DNA from: Gekko japonicus
Lineage: Eukaryota
DNA length: 64,000 bases
Reading direction: 5' to 3'
Assembly: GCF_001447785.1 (NCBI RefSeq)
Contig: NW_015166455.1
Location: 17,286 to 81,285 of the forward strand
Shown here: positions 1 through 11,345 of the stretch, in pieces
Position numbering within the stretch: the stretch's first letter is position 1
Layout of the letters: every line of letters begins with the position of its first letter
Notes under the pieces: model-generated
What the model saw: the letters and a program-made list of their open reading frames with translations, nothing else
Told to the model about the DNA's origin: nothing
The model's database searches: none
Position numbers and translations under genes: made by a program

Positions 1-693
1 AAACAAATAACAAACACTGACTTACCTTTAACACCGGAACTGATGCTTCTACACCTCTGGCCACAAATTCGTCCCCCTGAAAGAACTCAACAATTAGTTA
101 ATTTACTAATGTTAGCAGCAAAAATGACCATAGCAAAGAATACAAATCAAACAAATAACAAACACTGACTTACCTTTAACACCGGAACTGATGCTTCTAC
201 ACCTCTGGCCACAAATTCGTCCCCCTGAAAGAACTCAACAATTAGTTAATTTATTAATGTTAGCAGCAAAAATGACCATAGCAAAGAATTGGAAAAACAA
301 AAACTCACCAACGCTGTCTCAATGGATCAATAAGGTATGGGACATCTTCATGCTGGAGAATCTCTCAATCCAAAAACGAGTGTGAATTCTATAACCCTCT
401 CAGTATTTGGAGTCCCATCCTACAAAAAATTTCCTTGACACAATTCGATTGGTCAGACATAGCCAATGCAAAATTTAAAATAATGCTGTTTAACTAGAGA
501 TACTTAAACAACCGAATTCTCTGAACTAGACATGTAAAAGAAATAGTTGGGAAACTTAGTTACGTTTAGAAGTAGCATGAGTTGTGCACCTAACCTGTGT
601 TTATGCTGTTTATGTAGCGCTGGATTACTTATTGTGTTATAATGTTATACTGGAATGTATTCTAAAAAAATCAATAAAAAAAATCAAAAAAAA
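1..693 (+). mobile_element. L1-clade LINE 3' end (ORF2 C-terminus, 3'UTR, A-rich tail) with an internal 148-bp tandem duplication
   Basis: ORF 191-385 LLMLAAKMTIAKNWKNKNSPTLSQW resembles the AAK..IA..WK motif at the end of non-mammalian L1 ORF2; AATAAA and A-runs at ~664-693; 1-141 repeats at 149-289. Confidence 0.7.
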
Positions 694-1074
694 ATCTCCG
701 CACTTTGACCATTGGTTGAGCGAGCATTATCGGGGGCGTGAGACGTTCCTGGCAGTGCTACTGGGACGTATATTGCTGTTCTGTTGTGTTGGTATGAATA
801 ATTCTCGAATCCCATCTTGAATTCAAGTAATTTTGGAGCACCGTATTTTTAATTGAATTGTACATATTGTATTTTACATTGTTCTTATACTGTTGTACTG
901 TTTTAACTTGGCATCTATGCCTCTTGTGAGCCGCCCTGAGCCTTCAGGGAGGGCGGGATATAAATTCAAAGATAAATAAATAAATAAATAGATGTCACTG
1001 TCAGCATGAGCACCATGGCATTTTGCACTACCTGCAGTTGCTGGGTAAGATTCAAGGGCAGCCTTGTGTAAAGC

Positions 1075-1640
1075 AAGTTACAGTAATCCAGTCTGTAATC
1101 CAGTCTGGAAGTGACCATTGCATGGATCACAGTAGCTAAGTCCTGGGAGGTGAGATAGGGTACTACTTACCTGACCAGCCAAAGATGATAAAAGGCTGAC
1201 CTGGCAACAGTGGTGACTTGGGCCTCCATGGAAAGCGAGGCATCTAGGATCACTCTCAGACTCCTCACCCTCCACTGGCACCAACGGCACCCCACCAAGG
1301 GTTGGGAGTTGGAGTCCCAATCCCAGGCCCCCACAACTGAGGTACAGGACCTCTATTTTTGTTGGATTTAATTTCAGTCGGCTCTGCTGTCACCATCCAG
1401 CCATGGTGTCTAATGCCCTGTCCAAAACATCTGGGGTGGAGTTTGGCTGGCCATCCATCAACAGATGTAGCTAGGTGTTATCAGCATACTGATGTCAACC
1501 TAGCCCCAAACCCTGGACCAACTGGGCGAGGGGGTGCATGTAGATGTTAAACAGCATTGGAGAGAGGATCGCTCCCTGTGGTACACTGCAGATATCGTGG
1601 AGACAGCCTGTCTCCAAGCGCCACCCTCTGTCCTTGACCA
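1075..1640 (-). mobile_element. L2 LINE reverse-transcriptase fragment (degenerate)
   Basis: Minus-strand peptides SVPQGAILSPMLFNIYMHPL and VRSLRVILDASLSMEAQV...VIHAMVTSRLDY are typical L2 RT; contains stops and indels. Confidence 0.8.
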
Positions 1641-3774
1641 TGGAGGAAGGAGGACAGCCATTGTAAAACAGTCCCCTGTATCCCAGCATTGGCACTAATG
1701 TACTAATGGTCTTCCCATCAGGTTTGAGATCATTCCACAATATTGACTTGGATGTCAAGAATTGGGCTTACATTGATTTGGATACTGTTTGCCAGCAGTG
1801 GTCTGAGGCAGGGTCAGCACATTCCTTCTCCCCAATGTATGTTGGTCCTCTAAACAAATATGGAGTGGGCACCCCATAGAGGATTTCCATGGATAAAAGA
1901 AGGGGTGATTTTCGGCCAATCCCCCCTTCCCATGGCAGACATCCTGTCCCTCAGGAGCACCATTTCAGGGGCATTTTGTACCATTACTGGGAGAGACAAG
2001 AAAGGTTTTTTGTTTTCTTTTTAATTTTAAGCAGGGTCCGAGCCATGTTGTGTGCATAAAGCTAGACTTAACATTTCAAGTATGCCAGGAGGAAGTGGTT
2101 TGAGAGCAATCACCTCAGAATACAACTGAGTTGTGTTCTCATTAATTCCACAGAAAGTCTGTGCAGCCTCTGCAAGCTGTGCAAAGAGGGAAGAAAAATA
2201 CTGAGACATAACTTAGGATGGAGACCAGGGTTGCCAACCTCCAGGAGGGACCTGGAAATCTCCTAGAATTGCAACTGCTCTCCAAACAACAGAGATCAGT
2301 TCCCATAGAGGAAATGGCTGCTTTGGAGGTGGACTCTATGGTGTCATACCTTACTGAGGTCCCTCCCCAGGATCCACCACCAAATCACCAGGAATTTCCT
2401 AACCCAAAGTTGGCAGCCCTAGTGGAGAGTATACTGGAGGAATTATTCACTATCTTCAGTAGAATTTACCTGGAGAATAGGGTTCCTATACATTTTTGTT
2501 TTGTTTTATTTTCGTTTGTAGAATGCCTTTTTCACTGACACCCAAGGCAGGCTACAATAAAAAAAGAACACAATAACAACACTATAACAATACAATAAAC
2601 TATATAATAAATCTGGATTAAAAATTATGAAACAATACAATCAAACAATATAATGCATATAATGTACAATGTAATGAAACGGCCTGATTTTTTTCTCTGT
2701 GGGGTGATCAGTGAGGCTTGGATGTGGAAAGAATGGTAGAATCAGAGCCACTGAAAGGGAACGAGTATGAAGGAATGCCTGTACACAATATTATTTCCCG
2801 TGGCCTAATCTCTTAGAAAAGGTAGCTTTATCAAAGCTGTTCATATGAGTTTGGCATTTAACTTTTCATGGCTAGGTGGTGTGGAGAGTATATTAATAGG
2901 ATCATCGAGCAAAACGGCTTATTTTATTGTATCTGTAAGTTGGCAGTGAACAAGGTTGTACATAAAACCGATGATCCTTTTGCTGCCTTCAGCACAAAGA
3001 ATATGCTCTTCTCCTGCAAGAGCATCAAGATGTCCTTTTGGACACATGCCCCACAATGTCACCATAAAAGCAATATATGGGACATAAAATGGTGAGTGTT
3101 TTCCACTTTTAATCAACGTTTTCAGACGCTAGAATTTTACGTAGAATTTATTCTGCAGTTCAGATGGCAAATTCTAACCTGGCTCCATAAAATGGGCATT
3201 AAGAATTAATTGGACTTTACTCAGAACTTAAAAAAAAAAATCTGGAAGAATCTCAGTGTGTTATAAATAGGGATACCAACAGGAAAAAAAAATAGAGTGT
3301 CATCCTATGTTTTATGAAATTTGTTTGTTTGTGGTTGTTTGTTTGTTTGTTTGTTTTTGTCAGCCAGTTGCCAGAAATGCAGGGGATATTTCCCCCCTTG
3401 AATGAGTTTTTTAAAGCTGCATGCCAGAATTGAACAGACAGCTTTAGTATAGGACTCTGGATTCACTAAGCTCCATCCTCAGAACTGCCAAAACCTACTG
3501 GATCCTGCCGCTAATCCATCCCAAGCCTCTGGATAATACCCCTGAATCCACACAAAACAAGCTGTGTCCCAAATCTGCTCTGAGCACTGTCTAGGTTTGC
3601 CAACTCCAGGTTGGGAAATGCCTGGAGATTTTGGAGGTGGAGCCTCAGTAGGGCATGGTTTGGGGAGGGGAGGGACTTCAGTGGGGTCCCAAGAGAGGAG
3701 ATCCTCCAACTAGCTTAGATACATAGAGTATAATATCATAGAGTATAATATCATAGAGCTTCCCCCCCCCCCAG

Positions 3775-4305
3775 GAGGCTGGTTTCACATAGGAGATCCC
3801 CACGACTGTCACTCGGAAGAGTGCATAGTAACCACCACCCCGTCTTTAGTTCAGAATGGGACATATCCCCCTATAAGTTGCAGAAGAAAAGGGAAAAGAA
3901 GAAGTAAAGGCTGAAGGACTCTGAATTTGTGTCTTTGAAGATTTTGGGTTTTGGGATGATTGAGGGTACTGTTACTAGACAGTTAAATTTAAACTTTAAG
4001 GGAAAATGGCTATAAGTTTATAAAGGATCAACGATGTGAAGACTCGATGTATCTAAGCTAGTTGGAGGATCTCCTCTCTTGGGTTTTTAGTTAGTAGTGG
4101 GTTCTTTACTTTCTCCTATATATGTAGTTTCCCCCCTTCCCTGTTGTAGTTTTTTGTAGTGGAAAAAATCAATAAAAAATCCCCTCCGGGGGCTTAAAAA
4201 AAAAAAAGAATGAGACATATCGATTTTGCTGCTGCAACACCGACTTGTGCAATGTCAACTTCACGGAGAACTTTCCACCGGATCCTACTGATGCAATGCC
4301 TTTCA
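3775..4305 (+). pseudogene. BMPR2: Isolated copy of BMPR2 exon 3 (extracellular cysteine box), split by an L1-type insertion
   Basis: 3775-3867 + 4222-4305 = 177 nt encoding (G)[58 protein letters not shown](S); matches recalled human [51 protein letters not shown]; acceptor CCCCAG ends at 3774, donor GTGAGT starts at 4306; phase 1-1. Confidence 0.9.
3868..4206 (+). mobile_element. 5'-truncated poly(A) retroposon (L1-like 3'UTR) inserted in the BMPR2 exon copy
   Basis: 15-bp TSD AGAATG(G/A)GACATATC at 3853-3867 and 4207-4221; AATAAA at ~4171; poly(A) tail. Confidence 0.8.
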
Positions 4306-4634
4306 GTGAGTTGGACCTTTACAGCTCGTTCCATAATTCCAAAGCAGCCATTTTCTCCAGGTAAACTGATCTCAGTTGTAATCTCAGGAGATCTCCAGCC
4401 ACCACCTGGAGGTTGGCAATACTAGCATGGTCTCAAGGCTCTGTTCACTGCTGGATATCCCAGGCTGATTGCCTTGATTGCATTGCTTTTTAAAGTATGT
4501 AGTCTGCTTTGAGTCTCAGCAAGAAAGAAGGGTCATTACATTAATACAGTTAAGGAAATCAATAAATACATGTAGATAATGATCATAATGCTCCTGCTCA
4601 GTTCTGTAGGGAAGAATTTTATGATTGGAATGGG

Positions 4635-4636
<2 letters not shown>

Positions 4637-4677
<41 letters not shown>
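4637..4677. repeat. (GT)n microsatellite
   Basis: Direct inspection. Confidence 0.95.
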
Positions 4678-4678
<1 letters not shown>

Positions 4679-5134
4679 TTTTATGGTTTAGGTTGCCTGA
4701 AATTTTTATGGTTCAGGTTGCTTGGAAAGTAGTAAATAACTCCCAAAATTATACTGCGGAACAGGAAGTTGTGATTTGAAAAATTGACCCGAGCCCGAGT
4801 GCCAAGCCTCTATTACTGGAAGTGTTATTGGATCTTAAATATTCAAGCGGCACTTAAAGGACTCTCATTAGTTCCAGGTTGGAAAAGTCCATTTCCTAGA
4901 ACACACCCTAGGTAGCCATCCATCAAGGACTGCTGCAACTGTAATTCCTCCACCTTTTTCTTCAGCAGGTCTCGCCCACAAAAAAGCCTTTTTAAAAGGA
5001 ATGGAGGCTGCACAGTAGCAGTTGTTAAATCCTACTGGAACCAGTCTTTCCTCCCTGAAGGGCACCACAATGCTTGTTAACACACAGTTCTTCTTCAAGG
5101 GGTTCCATCTGGGGGAAACAACTCTTAGTCTAAC

Positions 5135-5247
5135 CTACTTTACAAGGGTTGTTGTGAGGATAAAAGGGAGGAGAGCAGAACAATGTAAGCTATTTTGGGT
5201 CCCCACTGGGGACAAATGCAGGGTATCAGTGAAGTAAATAAATAAAC
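5135..5247 (+). mobile_element. MIR/Ther1-derived (Squam3-like) CORE-SINE fragment
   Basis: CORE motif AGGGTTGTTGTGAGGATAAA and (TAAA)n tail; related pieces at ~6415-6479, 22205-22410, 26225-26610, 38415-38600, 50620-50855, 57610-57740. Confidence 0.7.
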
Positions 5248-5871
5248 AACAACACTTAAGGGTTAGCTGCTGTAGGACTAGAGGCAGAACAGTTGTTTGG
5301 TCTCCACCTGGAGATCCTGAGACAAAAAGGGAGAAGATGCAGCCATTGTGCCTCCCACTGTATCCCTCCATCATTCTTCTCAGTCTCCCTCTCCTCTTGC
5401 TAGCTCCGTGGTAGGTGAGAGAAAAGGGGGAGTGAACTGACCAATGGAAGAATGAGGTGGGAAAAAGAAGCCACTGCAAATGCCGATGGAAATCTCCTGA
5501 GACTACGGTTCATGACCTCTGTGGCCATTTGGAGGTTTCTAAGAAACAACAATATTGAGGCTTCAGTGCCTTGGTTGGTGTCAGCTGATGCGGGGAAACG
5601 ACTAGAAAACATTTGTACCTAAGTGGGAGGGAAGGAAACAGGGAGAGTTGTTGAAAACTGGGGGACCCCAGTAACGCTAGAGAGACATGGGGGTGGGTGG
5701 GAGGGAAGGAAGCAGAGAAAGGGGAAAGGGTGGGGCTTTCAGGGGAGGAAAGGCTGAGAGATGGTGGAAAGGGGAGACAACATGGAAGAATGTAATCCCC
5801 TCCATGAGTCCCCTCCTTATAGAAATGTAATGATGGTTTTCAGGGACACATATACATTTGTCTTATTATAT

Positions 5872-6080
5872 TGACTAGGAATCAAGCCTGTTGTAGGAAT
5901 GAAGACAACGGGAGCTAGTCTGGCCTCCCGACTGCAGGCCACCGGGGCCCCCAGTCGCCTGAGTCCAAGGCTGTCGGAACGGGCCCCTGCCGCACAGTCG
6001 AGGCACCAGCGGGTCAAGCTGGCCAGCTTGTTGGGCCCGCCTCGCACGCTCGAGGCATCGTCATCGGCCGGGGCTCACCC
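5872..6080 (-). mobile_element. Possible Helitron 3' end fragment
   Basis: ACTAG (CTAG|T on minus) next to imperfect hairpin CCTGTTGT...ACAACGGG, followed by a GC-rich body. Confidence 0.4.
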
Positions 6081-6887
6081 TCTCCAGGCTCCATCTCTCA
6101 AATATCCAGGAATTTCCCACCTGGAGTTGGCAACCCTATCTCCTTCCCAGCCAAGCATCAACCTACCTTCACTTCCCCCTCACTGATCAGCTGTCCACCC
6201 CCCCACCAACAGCCCCCACCATGCTCTGAATCCCTGACTGCCACATCACCTTGGCTGTCATGGGGGGGCTATCTCAGCAGGGTATAAGGACACAGAGTCC
6301 ATCATTTTCTCCAGGGGAACTGATCTCTGCCATCTGGAGAGAAGTTGTAATTCCGAGTGTTCTCCAGCCCTCACCTGGAGATTGGCAACAATGGTTTTCC
6401 AGGAGGAAAATTAGTCTTTCTCTGCAATGGGGACCAAAGCAGATAACATCATTCTCCTCTCCCCCTTTTGACTTGCACANNNNNNNNNNNNNNNNNNNNN
6501 NNNNNNNNNNNNNNNNNNNNNNNNNNNNNNNNNNNNNNNNNNNNNNNNNNNNNNNNNNNNNNNNNNNNNNNNNNNNNNNNNNNNNNNNNNNNNNNNNNNN
6601 NNNNNNNNNNNNNNNNNNNNNNNNNNNNNNNNNNNNNNNNNNNNNNNNNNNNNNNNNNNNNNNNNNNNNNNNNNNNNNNNNNNNNNNNNNNNNNNNNNNN
6701 NNNNNNNNNNNNNNNNNNNNNNNNNNNNNNNNNNNNNNNNNNNNNNNNNNNNNNNNNNNNNNNNNNNNNNNNNNNNNNNNNNNNNNNNNNNNNNNNNNNN
6801 NNNNNNNNNNNNNNNNNNNNNNNNNNNNNNNNNNNNNNNNNNNNNNNNNNNNNNNNNNNNNNNNNTCCTTGGGCTACCCCCTCCCTT

Positions 6888-7440
6888 TGTTACTGTGCAG
6901 AGCGGGGGAGACTATGTGGTCAGAGCACAACGCAGATTATTAGCCCAAATAAAAGATTTTATTTAAGTATTTTCACAGTTATGGAGCGCACACACACACT
7001 AAATAAGGCACAGCTGTAGGAGTGAGGACACACTATGAACCCACATGGGCATAAATCTACAGGGGTTAAACGCCATCCCCTACACACCAGATTCTGGCTC
7101 TGTGCTCCAGCCTCTCTCTCTCTCTGGCCAAAGAGAGCAGGGAAACTTCCATTCATTCCCCAGTCCAGCCGACTGTGGAGTGGCTGAATTTCTGCTGCCT
7201 CCCAGGGTTCCCCCACGTCTGTGGCTTCTGGCCTGGACAACCTGGTCAGCGCAGGCAGCAGAAGCCTTTCCTAACCTCCTGTAGGACGAAGACTGCCTCC
7301 ACCCTGTATGGGCTTCAGTCTATATTGATGCTGCCCTGCCCCTTGGGACAGTCCCTCTTTTCCCGCTCTTTTTGGCCTTGGGGCAGCTGGGAATTGTAGT
7401 CCAGCAGATGAGAAAGCCCCATTCAGCCCAGTGAGTGACA
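6888..7440. mobile_element. LTR-like segment
   Basis: TGTTAC...GTGACA ends and AATAAA/TTTATT motifs; no TSD match found. Confidence 0.3.
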
Positions 7441-8622
7441 GGCCCCTCTCTGGAATTACAGCTCAAACCTTATGGCGGAACATTTTAAACAGACAGCAGC
7501 CAGGAAACTGCCATTTCGTTAGGAGAAGCATCTTCGTCAAGAGAGAAAGTCGTCGGCAAGTATTCTGACAGGGCAGAGTGGCTGAAGAGGGAGTGGGCGG
7601 GAAAGAACAGCCGACCCAGCACCCGGCCAATGACACGCGAGTACTCTTGAGTGGCGACTGATGGGCCAATGGCTGTGGGAGGGCATTTTACAGCCAATGG
7701 GAGCACATGGAATGTTGCCACTTTAAAACAGCATTATTATATAGAGAGATACAAGAGCATCCATTTGATCATATTAACTGTATATTTTAAAATTAGTTTT
7801 ATAAACCATATTTTAAAACATACAGTATGGCTTCAAACATACATGATGAAAATGATTTATCTACAGAAGTTACCGGAAGTTTGATAATAATTGTGGAAGG
7901 ACTCATATGACTGGGAACAAGGTGTATTTCTGGGCGTTGGAATGGAACCTGTATAATTGCTATCATAAAATGTAAATATATTGGAGAAATCCTACATTCA
8001 CTTTCCTGCAGGCATCATAAGCTTTGAGGTTCTGTCAAATATGCTTTCACATCTGCCCAAGCCTGTAGCAACCCAGCTATAAAACCAATTAGCTGAGGTA
8101 GAAAGGCTTCTCTCGGAGCTCTAAATAATGCAAAGTATCAAATTATCTTACACAGTTCCTTCTGTTCTGTTACATGTTTGAAATGAAGAAAGTTTCTCAT
8201 TAATTTTTATGCAAAGTAGCGGGTTCTTGTCAAACTCTCATAAATGCATACCCTTGTTTTGGTTCACCACCTGAAGTAAAAGTGAGTTTCGCTTCATCCC
8301 CCCCCCCTCCAAATTCAGGCCATGTAAGAGCCTCTCAGCTTGGCTTGCTCCAGGACCACTTTCACTTCTGGGAAACTTGGCTTCGATCACAAGTGATAAG
8401 AGAAAAAGGAATATCTCCAGGTACTTATAATAAACATAACTTCACTTTAAAATACGTAGCACATTTTGAGTTCCTACAGGCCCTTCATCAGGGAATGAGA
8501 AAATGCACACATTTAATTTACATTAGTATTATTTTTACAATTTTTGTATTCCACCCATTTCCAGAGATTCAGACTATTCATTACTAGGAAACTGAAGGAC
8601 ACAGAGAAGGCACTGTTGGATC

Positions 8623-8906
8623 TAGGGTTGCCAAGTCGTTTTCTTGCTGCAGTGGGGGACTCCTGGCTGGCGGCTGTATTGCGCGCATGCTGGAATGCAC
8701 GTCACCTGGAAGTGATGTGACGCCGCCGAAGAGTTTTCCCTCGGATGACCGTGGCCCCGCCCCCAGCGTGCTCAGCGTGGTCACGTCACTTCTGGGTGAC
8801 CTGCACGTTGGGGTGGGGTTCCCCCAAAGGGCCCGATCTGCTGGCGGCGGGGAACGGGCCTCTGGGGCAGGGTTTTCCCCGCCCCCAGGGGGACTTGGCA
8901 AGCCTA
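8623..8906. mobile_element. hAT MITE (TAGGGTTGCCA TIR), CpG-rich interior
   Basis: TIRs TAGGGTTGCCAAGTC / GACTTGGCAAGCCTA; perfect 8-bp TSD GTTGGATC. Confidence 0.9.
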
Positions 8907-10260
8907 GTTGGATCACACTGGTGCTGCAGGATCAGGATTGACACTCCCAGCAAGGGGGAAATTGTTTCCTCCCTCTTGAACAACTGAGTCCTCTGTGGAA
9001 GACCATAGCTTAACTTTATGTTTCTCTTCCTCACAATGTAGAAGGGTCCTTCCCCTGTGTTCACAACTGAAAGCCCCAGTGGCAGCTGGGAAATACATGT
9101 TGGCAATGATAAAGAAGCTTGAGCTAATGTGCTTGAAGAATTGGGAAAAAGGGATTGGTATGCACTGCTTCAATATATGTTTTATTGTATTTTATATCTC
9201 GGCTTTGCCGCATGTGAGCCGCCCTGAGCCTCTGGGAGGGCGGGATACAAATCAAATAAATAAATAATTAATTAAATAAAATAAATTTAGGGAAACCAAT
9301 GAAACAATATCCTATTGCACCTGTTTTGTGTGTACCAATCCTCAGTATGCTACCCATGTTTGTACACTGAAAGAAGCAAAGGCAGAGGCTTTGGACACCA
9401 GGAAGTGGTGAATAGCACCCACTTAATGTGGCAGCAACAGAGTCTATTTTTCTTCAGCTGATGTCTGTGGGACTTAACTGTCAGGTAAATATAGGCTTTA
9501 CCACACCTGGCAGAAGGCCAAACTAGATCTGACAATGGGAGATCCCTAAATGGATCCCAGGCTTAAAGGGGGGAAAAAAACTTTTTAAATTGTGTCCGCA
9601 TTTATCAAGGCTTAGGGCGAAGGAGGTTAACTTTGTCCTACTTCCAATTTTCAGTTTTTCAATCGACCCTCATGCTTCGTGAGAGAAAACATGCAGGTAT
9701 TATAACCTGTACCTGTTGAGCAAACAGCTTTCTAGGGGTCAGGAATCAGATCAGAGATAAATGATATGGGAGAAAAGAAATAATCCCTCACCTTCATGCA
9801 CTGTGGTCACAGGCCGAACTGGACCCCATGACTGTGGTTTCAAGATTAAAAAACAATAGGGGGCTATTCATGGATGTCCTATCATCACATCTAGTTTGGC
9901 CCTGAGAAAAAGTTTCTGTAGATCGGTCAATCCTAGAGGTATTCACTGGAAAAAATGCTGTTTAAATTCTGTATTGTAATTTAAGAAAGGGAAGGTGTAT
10001 TGGTTTTAAGAATTCTGAAAATATTGTATTGTGAAGACTCATCAGGTTCCATTTTCATTTGCATTAAGATAACACTGTATCTCTACTTATAGTTTTCTAT
10101 GGCAGATTTTCCTGAGAGGACCTTTTTCCCACCACGCTTTATGAAAATATCAGGAAACCTTGTCCACCTTCTCTTCTAAAGTCTCCCTAAATTTCAAGTG
10201 ACTTGGACAAAGGTCTGATTTTACAGCCCCCTTTGACTAAGATGACACAAGCTGCTCTCT

Positions 10261-10599
10261 AAAAGGTAAAGGTCCCCTTGCTCGAAAGCCAGCCGAATCC
10301 GACTCTAGGGTTGCGGTGCTCATCTCCGTTTCAAAGCCGAAGAGCCAGCGCTGTCCAAAGACGTTTCCGTGGTCATGTGGCCGGCATGACTAAACACCAA
10401 GGCGCACGGAACACTGTTACCTTCCCACCAAAGTGGTACCTATTTATCTACTTGCAATTTCTTGCTTTTGAACTGCTAGGTTGGCAGGAGCTGCAACTAG
10501 AGACGGGAGGTCACTCTGTCATGCGGCAACTCGGGTCTCGATCGAACCGCTGAACTACCGACCTTCCACAGCCTGCAGTTCAGTGTCTTAACCACTTGA
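10261..10599 (-). mobile_element. Sauria SINE
   Basis: (ACCTTT)n tail on minus, GGTACC core, tRNA-like head; flanked by a ~48-bp direct repeat. Confidence 0.9.
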
Positions 10600-11119
10600 G
10601 TCTGATTTTAGAGCCCCCTTTGACTAAGATGACACAAGCTGTCCTCTACATAGTGGGAAAAGGCATGAAAATAGTTGTCAGTTTTTGGGTGTGGCTGTTT
10701 TAAAAAACCAAGCTTAGTAACTGTGAATAGAAGTAGTCTTTACAGAGTGTCTGTCTAGGGAGGGGGCCACCTGCCCCATCAACTGCATTGTGAAGAAAGG
10801 CAGCCTTACCAATCCAAAGTAAACCAATGAAAAATGCGATGTTAGTGAAGATCAAAACAAACCAAATAGTAAACCACACAGAAGCCAAAGCAACAACAAA
10901 AATAACACCTGAATTCCCCCCAGTGACCAAATGTCCCTCCCCCACTAACCTTCCCTGCTGGGGGAAAAGGATAGAGGAAAGGCTAGCTAGTAGTGACAGT
11001 CAGACCAGTCTGCCAAGAAGCACCATTCCGGCAGGATTTGTCCAGCCGAGGTCTAGCATAATCCAAGCAAGGTGTCTCTCCCAAGACACAAGGATCAGTG
11101 AGTGCAGTGCACACGCAGC

Positions 11120-11345
11120 TAGGGTTGCCAGGTCTGGGTTGGAAAATACCTGGAGACTTTGGGGGTGGATCCAGGAGAGGGTGGGGTTTGGGGATGGGAG
11201 GGGCCTCAGCATGGTCCAATGCCACAGAGTCCACTCTTCAAAGCAGCCATTTTCTCCAGGGGAGCTGATCTCTGTCGGCTGGAGAGTGGAGATCAGTTGT
11301 AAAAGCGGGAGATCCCCAAGCCCCACCTGGATGCTGGAAACCCTA
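11120..11345. mobile_element. hAT MITE (common short TAGGGTTGCCA family)
   Basis: TIRs TAGGGTTGCCAG / CTGGAAACCCTA; TSD CACGCAGC/TAGGCAGC (6/8); related copies at ~2227-2421, 6080-6390, 41760-41986, 57025-57427. Confidence 0.8.

Larger units (their letters stand above)
3592..4424. mobile_element. Non-autonomous hAT element (TAGGGTTGCCA TIR family) carrying a captured BMPR2 exon
   Basis: TIRs TAGGTTTGCCAA / TTGGCAATACTA; decayed 8-bp TSD GCACTGTC/GCATGGTC; both halves align with the intact copy at 11120-11345. Confidence 0.8.

Noticed and set aside
3775-4305. Functional BMPR2 gene in this window
   Set aside because: Only one exon was found; it is interrupted by a retroposon, has Cys>Gly at a conserved position and is embedded in a MITE
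6251-7019. 230-aa and 183-aa ORFs
   Set aside because: They are open only because they cross a 386-N assembly gap
9461-9485. Possible micro-exons (here and at ~51637-51651 on minus)
   Set aside because: Chance AG..GT pairs are common and nothing else supports them
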